Below are positions 58,176 to 64,000 of a DNA stretch of 64,000 nucleotides, in pieces. A model generated the notes under the pieces. It worked only from the letters and a program-made list of their open reading frames with translations. It did no database searches and was not told where the DNA came from. This stretch comes from a virus. The position numbers were made by a program, and so were the translations under genes. The stretch covers positions 11,234 through 75,233 of IMG/VR virus record IMGVR_UViG_3300047548_001136; one strand, 5' to 3'. How positions within the stretch are numbered: position 1 is the stretch's first letter; the number at the start of each line of letters is the position of its first letter.

Positions 58176-58358
58176 ATGGAAACACATAGTAGATCAATTG
58201 TAAAAGCCATTACTTGGCGAATTATAGCAACCGTAATTGCGGCATACTGGGCTGGTTGGGAAGCCGCAATCCTTATGAATATTGTCCAAACTATTGCGTA
58301 TTATTTCCACGAAAGAGTGTGGACTAATATTGACTGGGGAAGAATAAAGAAGCTATAA
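58176..58358 (+). CDS. DUF2061-like small membrane protein
   Basis: RSIVKAITWRIIA...YYFHERVW..I.WG. Confidence 0.8.
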   Translation: METHSRSIVKAITWRIIATVIAAYWAGWEAAILMNIVQTIAYYFHERVWTNIDWGRIKKL

Positions 58359-58367
58359 ATACTTTTG

Positions 58368-58720
58368 TAAGCGTTGATAGTGCTTTAAAGACTTATTGGA
58401 CTGGGGGGCGGTACCCCACACCTCCACCAAAAACACAGCCGCCTGGACAACATAGTTGCAAATATGCCAGGTCGTTTCTTGGATAAGCTGAAATAGGCAA
58501 AGCGGGCTGTGCTTTTGATGGGGGTGAACTAGGATCGACAAGAGTGAAATAAGGGCAAGGGAGTTTACAGTGAGGCGACTGACTTTACAGCGCAGATAAT
58601 AAATGCAAACGATAACTTCGTTCGTAACGAGCAAATTGCTCAGTCTATCGTAGTTCGCGATCGCGACCTCGTAGCAGCATAAGCTCAACGGGCCGTTGGG
58701 AGCCTTGGAACAGAATCCCA
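58368..58720 (+). ncRNA. ssrA: circularly permuted two-piece tmRNA (alphaproteobacterial type); outer ends approximate
   Basis: Acceptor piece with T-arm TGGGG-GGCGGTA-CCCCA and CACCTCC-A-CCA (ends 58429) precedes coding piece GGGGGTGAACTAGGATCGAC (starts 58520); G3.U70 pair; tag ORF 58605-58682 ANDNF...LVAA*. Confidence 0.93.
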
Positions 58721-58753
58721 ACATTTGACACAGACACACAGAAAGGAAAAACT

Positions 58754-58975
58754 ATGTCATTAAATCCATATGAGATCCGTTTGGAACTCTTAAAACTAGC
58801 ACAAACCACACTAAACGAAAAGGCGTATAACTCTCGCCAAGCACTTATGGACCAATACACTTACGAGCGTGAGAATAGTCCAAATACTGCATTCCCAAAG
58901 TTGCCAACAATGCCAACGTCTGAGGAAATTATTACAGAAGCCAAAAAACTTAATGACTTTGTAAGTAACGGCTAG
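58754..58975 (+). CDS. small hypothetical protein
   Basis: NPYEIRLELLKLA...PT.EEII..A..LN.FV. Confidence 0.8.
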   Translation: MSLNPYEIRLELLKLAQTTLNEKAYNSRQALMDQYTYERENSPNTAFPKLPTMPTSEEIITEAKKLNDFVSNG

Positions 58976-59090
58976 TAATGTAAAGTGGTAGGCACATACC
59001 GTAAAGTTGTGTCGTGAACGATAGATCGGTCACACGAAAGATGACGCTGGATTGCGTAACCAGCAATTAACTTTTAGAATGGAGAATACA

Positions 59091-59576
59091 TTGAAGAACT
59101 ATATTAAGTCTGCTGTTGCAGCACTCGCCCTTGTTGGTATGACCGTAACTGGTATGGCAGCAGATGCAAGCTCAAAGAGCGCCGGTTTTAAGGTTGGCAC
59201 ATTAACTTGCCATTTTGATTCTAGCGTTGGTTGGGTTATTGGTTCCGTTAAGGAAGCTGATTGCCTTTATAAGGGCATTAACGGTGAAGAGCAGCTTTAT
59301 TCCGCTGAGCTTAGCCGTCTTGGAGTAGACATTGGTGTAACTGGCGCACAGACACTTGTTTGGGCTGTTATTGCTCCAGGCAAGGCTCAGCCAGAGAGTC
59401 TCGCAGGTACTTACCTCGGTGCTAGCGCCGAAGCCACTGCTGTTGTTGGTGTAACAGCTAACGCTCTACTTGGTGGTTTCAAGAAGAGCATTGCACTACA
59501 ACCACTCAGCATTGGTGCCCAGACTGGGCTTAACGTTGCTGCTGGCGTAGGTTCACTACGTCTCCGCGCAGAGTAA
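59091..59576 (+). CDS. DUF992-family exported protein
   Basis: Signal peptide; GTLTC..VGWVIGS, LGVDIG, LAGTY.GA.AEA, IALQPLS..QTGLNVAAG. Confidence 0.85.
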   Translation: MKNYIKSAVAALALVGMTVTGMAADASSKSAGFKVGTLTCHFDSSVGWVIGSVKEADCLYKGINGEEQLYSAELSRLGVDIGVTGAQTLVWAVIAPGKAQPESLAGTYLGASAEATAVVGVTANALLGGFKKSIALQPLSIGAQTGLNVAAGVGSLRLRAE

Positions 59577-59596
59577 TTTACTTTGTAAATTAAATT

Positions 59597-59625
59597 GGGG
59601 CTCTGAAATATGAGCCCCTTTTTTT
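59597..59625 (+). terminator. rho-independent terminator
   Basis: GGGGCTC-loop-GAGCCCC-T7. Confidence 0.85.
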
Positions 59626-59628
59626 CCT

Positions 59629-59657
59629 TTGACTTGATGTAACACATCAACTATATT
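59629..59657 (+). promoter_or_regulatory. sigma70-like promoter with palindromic spacer
   Basis: TTGACT-N17-TATATT containing TTGATGT-AAC-ACATCAA. Confidence 0.6.
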
Positions 59658-59677
59658 GTTAGCATAGGAGTTCAACT

Positions 59678-59905
59678 ATGCTAGACAACAGACAAATGGA
59701 AAGATGGCAAAAAGTTAATGCTTATCTTGAAGAAGCTCTAGAGCAAGTTCAAGACGATAAAAACAAAAGCCGTAAAATCAAAAATATTAGATCAAAGCTT
59801 GCATGGGCGTTGGACCAATATGAAAGTGGGTTATCTGGTAAAACCGAACTACTACAAAAGCTTGCCCCTGAGGTAGCTGAAAAGTTTCAAGAGATTATTG
59901 GATAA
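59678..59905 (+). CDS. hypothetical protein
   Basis: AGGAG RBS. Confidence 0.7.
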   Translation: MLDNRQMERWQKVNAYLEEALEQVQDDKNKSRKIKNIRSKLAWALDQYESGLSGKTELLQKLAPEVAEKFQEIIG

Positions 59906-60465
59906 TGCTAGTCATTGATGATTTTATTCCTGTAAGTTTACAGGAACGCTATAAAGCATGGGTGCTTGGGGAACAGTTTCCTTGGTTTTATACCCAAGAC
60001 GTTACGTTTGGCACAGGGGTGCAGCAACGCCCTTGTATGACGCATAGATTATATGCAAACGGTAATAAGGTAAGTGCATTGGATGTTGATATTCTCGGAC
60101 ATCTTGGTGCTGAAAAAATGAAATATAAGTTTAACGGTATACTCCAAGGTAAAACTATTTTACAGTTTCCACTTAACCCAAATGTAATTGGAACAGAAGT
60201 AGATAATTTGCATACGGATATTGATCCACACGAAGATCATTTGGTAGTCTTATATTACGTAATGGACGCAGATGGCGATACTATTATTTGCGATCACAGG
60301 AATATTGATTACCAAAATAGGAATTTACATGCAGAGGATTTTCCTGTATTAGCAAGAGTAACACCAAAGCAAGGGCGAGTTGTGCTATTTGATGGTAGCT
60401 ACTATCATACAGCAGAGCAACCTAAAAACGGAATGCGTTGTATTATTAATTTGAATGTAGTCTAA
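59905..60465 (+). CDS. 2OG-Fe(II) oxygenase
   Basis: HTD, LYYV..DGDT, PKQGR.VLFDG..YH, R..IN.N. Confidence 0.85.
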   Translation: MLVIDDFIPVSLQERYKAWVLGEQFPWFYTQDVTFGTGVQQRPCMTHRLYANGNKVSALDVDILGHLGAEKMKYKFNGILQGKTILQFPLNPNVIGTEVDNLHTDIDPHEDHLVVLYYVMDADGDTIICDHRNIDYQNRNLHAEDFPVLARVTPKQGRVVLFDGSYYHTAEQPKNGMRCIINLNVV

Positions 60466-61067
60466 TGATTAAATTGTTAGTAAAATTGCCAAAAACGTTC
60501 TACGTCGCTTGTAGCGGCGGAGTAGACTCTATGGCTGCATTAAATTTCCTTAGCAGGAAACACGATGTTACTGCGGCATTTTTTGACCACGGCACTGTTG
60601 CAAGTAAGGAAGCATTTGCTTTTCTTTCTCGTTACTGCAAAACACATAACATCAAGATGGTTGATGGTGCTGTCATGCGTTCGAGAAAAAAAGATGAAAG
60701 CATGGAAGAATACTGGCGCAATGAGCGTTACAAGTATTTTGAACAACTTGATGCACCAGTAGTTACAGCACACCACTTAGATGATGCCGTTGAAACTTGG
60801 GTTTGGAGTAGTATGCATGGTCAACCTAAACTTCCAGAAATTTATCGTGGCAACGTTGTTCGTCCTTTTCTCGTAACACCAAAGCAAGAATTAGTTAATT
60901 GGTGTAATAAGCATAACATGGAATGGTACGACGACATGTCCAATTTTGACACTAAATATATGCGTAACTATGTTCGACATGTTGCGATGCCAGTTGTCCA
61001 AAAGATTAATCCAGGTATCCAAAAGACTATTAAAAAGAAGTTGCTTTCTAAATTAGATAATATATAA
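60465..61067 (+). CDS. tilS: tRNA(Ile)-lysidine synthase, catalytic domain only
   Basis: PP-loop ACSGGVDS, FDHG, R..RY, TAHHLDD.VET, VRPFL, D.SN...YMRNYVRH. Confidence 0.88.
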   Translation: MIKLLVKLPKTFYVACSGGVDSMAALNFLSRKHDVTAAFFDHGTVASKEAFAFLSRYCKTHNIKMVDGAVMRSRKKDESMEEYWRNERYKYFEQLDAPVVTAHHLDDAVETWVWSSMHGQPKLPEIYRGNVVRPFLVTPKQELVNWCNKHNMEWYDDMSNFDTKYMRNYVRHVAMPVVQKINPGIQKTIKKKLLSKLDNI

Positions 61068-61085
61068 TAAAAATACTTAGAAATT

Positions 61086-61162
61086 GGGGGTTTAGCTCAG
61101 TTGGTGAGAGCAGTCGACTCATAATCGACGTGTCGGGGGTTCGAGGCCCTCAACCCCTACCA
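61086..61162 (+). tRNA. tRNA with CAT anticodon, most likely tRNA-Ile2
   Basis: Full cloverleaf: GGGGGTT/AACCCCT, anticodon arm GTCGA-CTCATAA-TCGAC, TTCGA T-loop, ACCA end; resembles ileX-type tRNAs; adjacent to tilS. Confidence 0.9.
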
Positions 61163-61183
61163 TTTTTAAACTTTGAGGTCAAC

Positions 61184-61783
61184 ATGAAGAAACTATTACT
61201 TTCAACCGTGCTTGCAGCAAGTCTTTTCGCCACACAGGCATTTGCTGAGACTATTTTTTATAGTGGTGGACAAACAGGTGCATGGAACGTTTTTGGTAAT
61301 GCTGGAAACGCAACACAGAATGCAGCTTGCGTAGCCGAAACAAAGTGGCAAGATGGCAGCACTATGCAGCTCATTAAAGACCTCAAGTCTGGTGAACTTT
61401 ATATTTGGTTCCAAAACTATGAATGGAACATTGCTGACGCCCCAGGTGACTATTCATTTAGAATGAATCTAGTTAATCGTGCTAACCAAGTAGTTGGTGG
61501 CGATATGACATACTCACTTATTAACAAGAATACAATTGCAATCCGCGGCATTGATGTTAACAGCTTTATTCCAGCATTTATGGAAATGTCTGAGATGCGT
61601 ATCCTAATGCCAGGCGACATTCAGCCGGCATATATTCCACTAGATGGTTCAACTGCCGCAGTGCAAAAACTTCTTGCATGTCTAGACGAGTCGAAGAAAC
61701 TCCCCCCAATTGACACTGCTCCACTAGAACAAAAGCCTAACGCTGAAGGACAACAGCCTAAAGTGCCTGGGCAGGACATATAA
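61184..61783 (+). CDS. exported/periplasmic protein
   Basis: Signal peptide MKKLLLSTVLAASLFATQAFA; GAWNVF..C..L.GS.AA...L..C pattern. Confidence 0.75.
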   Translation: MKKLLLSTVLAASLFATQAFAETIFYSGGQTGAWNVFGNAGNATQNAACVAETKWQDGSTMQLIKDLKSGELYIWFQNYEWNIADAPGDYSFRMNLVNRANQVVGGDMTYSLINKNTIAIRGIDVNSFIPAFMEMSEMRILMPGDIQPAYIPLDGSTAAVQKLLACLDESKKLPPIDTAPLEQKPNAEGQQPKVPGQDI

Positions 61784-61806
61784 ATACTAACTTAACGGAG
61801 ATTAAT

Positions 61807-62127
61807 ATGAAGAAGATTATTGCAAGCATTTGTGCCATTGCTATGGCTGTTACAGTTTTTACTGTTCCAGCAAAGGCAGACAATTCCGAGGAAGTTATTA
61901 TTGGTGTCCTAGGTGGCGCACTTGGTGGCCTAATCATTGGAGAAGCAATTGGGCGTCCACGTTATCCTGCATACCCAGTCTACGCTGCACCGCCTCCACC
62001 AGTTTATGTTCAACCACAAGTAGAATATGTGCGTGAATGCTGGTGGAAGACAGTTCGTCGTTACAATCCAAACACCGGGACTTATGTCCGTGTAAAGAAG
62101 AAGGTATGTGATTACGTACCGTATTAA
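61807..62127 (+). CDS. exported Gly-zipper/Pro-rich protein
   Basis: Signal peptide, GVLGGALGGLIIG, PPPPVY, C..C. Confidence 0.7.
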   Translation: MKKIIASICAIAMAVTVFTVPAKADNSEEVIIGVLGGALGGLIIGEAIGRPRYPAYPVYAAPPPPVYVQPQVEYVRECWWKTVRRYNPNTGTYVRVKKKVCDYVPY

Positions 62128-62609
62128 GCTTCGTTAGTGCTTAATGCCCCAGTAAACTTTGCGTAGACCGGTCCTTGTGTAGGGGCCGGTTTTCCTTTTG
62201 GCCAACGGATACCTTTAAGTCTATTCTTCGCAATGCGGGTAACTGTTACGTTGTCGCTCTGATTTCCGCCTAATATGTGATAAGCGTCTTTATCCTCGCT
62301 AACGTAAAATCCAACGTGACCACCGCCTGGACGGACAAATACCATTACTGCACCTGGTACACCCTTTGCAAGCGGAGTTCCCCAACTGTTCCAAGATAGC
62401 GCACTTAATACACCATCGTGTACTGGTATGCCATTCTTTTTCATGCAATAAGCAACAAACAACCCACACCATGGGATTTCATCTGCATTGTAAAACTTTG
62501 CAGTCCATCCGCCTACCTCTCTGGCCCAAGCAAGTATCTTTGGATTGTTCCTAGATCCTGCAACTTCTTTAGTTCCTAGCAAACTTTTTGCGGTATCAAA
62601 CCATTCCAT
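62124..62609 (-). CDS. NlpC/P60-like (TIGR02594-type) peptidoglycan hydrolase, candidate endolysin
   Basis: DEIPWCGLFV, GHVGFY, ILGGNQSD.V, RWP; TAAATA on - strand at 62631-62636. Confidence 0.85.
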   Translation of the reverse strand: MEWFDTAKSLLGTKEVAGSRNNPKILAWAREVGGWTAKFYNADEIPWCGLFVAYCMKKNGIPVHDGVLSALSWNSWGTPLAKGVPGAVMVFVRPGGGHVGFYVSEDKDAYHILGGNQSDNVTVTRIAKNRLKGIRWPKGKPAPTQGPVYAKFTGALSTNEA

Positions 62610-62648
62610 GGTATTTCCCCTTTATGTATGTATTTATTGTTAAAACGC

Positions 62649-62766
62649 TAAGTTCTTGTAATTCTTAAGGTTTTTGGGGTACTGCTAAGTGCTTGAATTC
62701 ATTAAGGAATCTTTTTTGCTTTTTTGGTGTCTTTTTGGTTGACTCCAAAGCGTTTGGCTATATTAT
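62649..62766 (+). promoter_or_regulatory. early promoter with two TAAGT(G/T)CTTG boxes and T-tracts
   Basis: Near-copy of 28185-28266; GGTTGACT-N16-TATTAT. Confidence 0.7.
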
Positions 62767-62803
62767 GTACATATAGCAGTTAACAACAAATAGGGAATTA
62801 CAA

Positions 62804-62968
62804 ATGACCAAGTTGGAACTCCAAGCGCTCGTTGCTTCCTCTACTGTTGCTGTGACCAAGGCTCCTGCTGCACACGCTAAGGGTGTAAAAAAGCCCAAGC
62901 GTGTTACCAAAGCACACGCAAAGCGTGTAGATGCTATTGTTGCCCGTTATACCCCCAAAGCCGCATAA
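62804..62968 (+). CDS. 54-aa Lys/Ala-rich basic early protein (not in ORF track)
   Basis: AGGGA RBS; MTKLELQALV...KGVKKPKRVTKAHAKR...PKAA. Confidence 0.7.
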   Translation: MTKLELQALVASSTVAVTKAPAAHAKGVKKPKRVTKAHAKRVDAIVARYTPKAA

Positions 62969-62970
62969 AC

Positions 62971-63000
62971 GGTTGACACGCACCAAAAAGGTGCTATACT
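62971..63000 (+). promoter_or_regulatory. early promoter
   Basis: GGTTGACA-N16-TATACT. Confidence 0.75.
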
Positions 63001-63034
63001 GTAACAGTAAAAGTTAACAAATAGGGAGTTTCCC

Positions 63035-63421
63035 ATGCGTACTCTTGTGAAGGAAGATACTGTTAACACTGTTCGTAGCTGTAACCCGCTGGGCAGCTTG
63101 CTTGATGCCCGTGATAAGAGCGACCAGGCTTTTAGGCTACACCATAAAAAGTTTAACAGCCCCAAGCACATTGATCGTGTTGTGGCTGTTTGCCAGATTC
63201 TCGAACGATTTTTTAACTGTAAGGTGACGTACCTTACCTATCGCGGTCTTGGCACACATGCTAAGAAGCCGTTTGAAAATATTAAGATGGAACAGGTTGG
63301 ACACATCCTGAGTCGTACTCCTGCCGCTCGTAAGAATGAAAACTTGTATGCTCCGCTCCAGGCGCTTGGTGACGTTGATGTGGTGAGTAAGAATGGTCAC
63401 CTTATTGTGCGAGTGTACTAA
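63035..63421 (+). CDS. early hypothetical protein
   Basis: GGGAG RBS; 128 aa. Confidence 0.75.
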   Translation: MRTLVKEDTVNTVRSCNPLGSLLDARDKSDQAFRLHHKKFNSPKHIDRVVAVCQILERFFNCKVTYLTYRGLGTHAKKPFENIKMEQVGHILSRTPAARKNENLYAPLQALGDVDVVSKNGHLIVRVY

Positions 63422-63552
63422 TGAAGTTGCTCTTTGTTTTCTTCTTTGTGCTTATCCAATTTACGCTGCTGCCGTTTATTCATATGGTCAGCAATAACAA
63501 GCCCGCACAGTTTCACGTTTCTGGTCAAACTGTAATTTATAAGACGAACTAA
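63421..63552 (+). CDS. 43-aa membrane peptide
   Basis: TAATG-coupled; MKLLFVFFFVLIQFTLLPFI... Confidence 0.5.
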   Translation: MKLLFVFFFVLIQFTLLPFIHMVSNNKPAQFHVSGQTVIYKTN

Positions 63553-63553
63553 G

Positions 63554-63721
63554 ATGAAGGTATGGATAGGTTACCACTGTCATAGCGACGGACTCGACAT
63601 TTGGGAATGTGTCGAAAAGGTTTTTGACGACGAAGTAAAGGCGTTGTTGTGGTCTAAAGATTCGTCTTTCAAAGCAACTGCATATGATTGGCGCCGCTAC
63701 GAAGGGAAGGAAGTAGAATAA
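63554..63721 (+). CDS. 55-aa hypothetical protein
   Basis: MKVWIGYHCHSDG...YEGKEVE; TAATG-coupled to next gene. Confidence 0.6.
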   Translation: MKVWIGYHCHSDGLDIWECVEKVFDDEVKALLWSKDSSFKATAYDWRRYEGKEVE

Positions 63722-63942
63722 TGGGCTACCGTGTGCTTGGTGAACGTAATAAGAAGTGGCAACCCCGCAAGGGACTTGAGGGCCCATTCTTTTATGCTAA
63801 CGGCAAGGTGCTGTATTATGATCCTAAGGCTGGCGAGTATTGGGATCCTACAACGGACTTTTATATGAGCCGTGAAGATATGGACTCTCTCCATCAGATG
63901 ACTATTGACATCCTCGCAAAGGAGCGTATAGTAAGAGCATGA
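63721..63942 (+). CDS. small hypothetical protein
   Basis: GLEGPF.Y.NG.VLYYDPK.GEYWD..TDFY. Confidence 0.75.
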   Translation: MGYRVLGERNKKWQPRKGLEGPFFYANGKVLYYDPKAGEYWDPTTDFYMSREDMDSLHQMTIDILAKERIVRA

Positions 63943-64000
63943 CAAAGCGTAAACCGTTTACATACAAAACCATCAAGCGTAAAGATGGGTCCAAAGAAGT

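Noticed and set aside
58399-58429. Isolated tRNA 3' half or attP-like fragment
   Set aside because: Explained as the acceptor piece of the permuted tmRNA.
58353-58739. 128-aa - strand ORF
   Set aside because: Overlaps the well-supported tmRNA on the + strand.
61130-61183. N-terminal extension of the 61130 ORF
   Set aside because: Overlaps the tRNA; GAGG RBS and signal peptide support ATG 61184.

Overview
This is a 64-kb segment of a large, AT-rich, T4-like (probably jumbo) myophage genome, densely coding and mostly on the + strand. Core genes: terminase large subunit, gp32-like SSB, UvsX/UvsY/UvsW, clamp-loader subunit, primase, DnaB/gp41 helicase, exonuclease, NrdA/NrdB/glutaredoxin, a PAAR protein and tail/baseplate proteins, a cluster of putative head-internal proteins, and an ~11-kb sugar-synthesis/glycosyl-/carbamoyl-/methyltransferase island. 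Several features point to an alphaproteobacterial host: Usg, DUF992 and a circularly permuted alpha-type tmRNA. T4-type late promoters (TAAATA) and sigma70-like early promoters (GGTTGAC-N16-TATwAT) are both visible. Most notable observations: (1) a tandem cassette of Hint (intein-like) domain proteins, one seen to lack Cys1, with a micro-ORF between them mimicking the Hint C-terminal motif; (2) a two-piece tmRNA with an unusually long 25-codon tag; (3) a minimal TilS next to a tRNA-Ile2(CAU); (4) a 197-aa 'mini-DnaE' that keeps the Pol III catalytic motifs; (5) two homing endonucleases and a radical SAM gene that left duplicated fragments of their target genes; (6) a shared hairpin + 3x(UAGGC) leader before two unrelated genes; (7) early promoters whose spacers are sequence-unrelated inverted repeats. 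All family assignments come from motif recognition by eye; no database searches were run.
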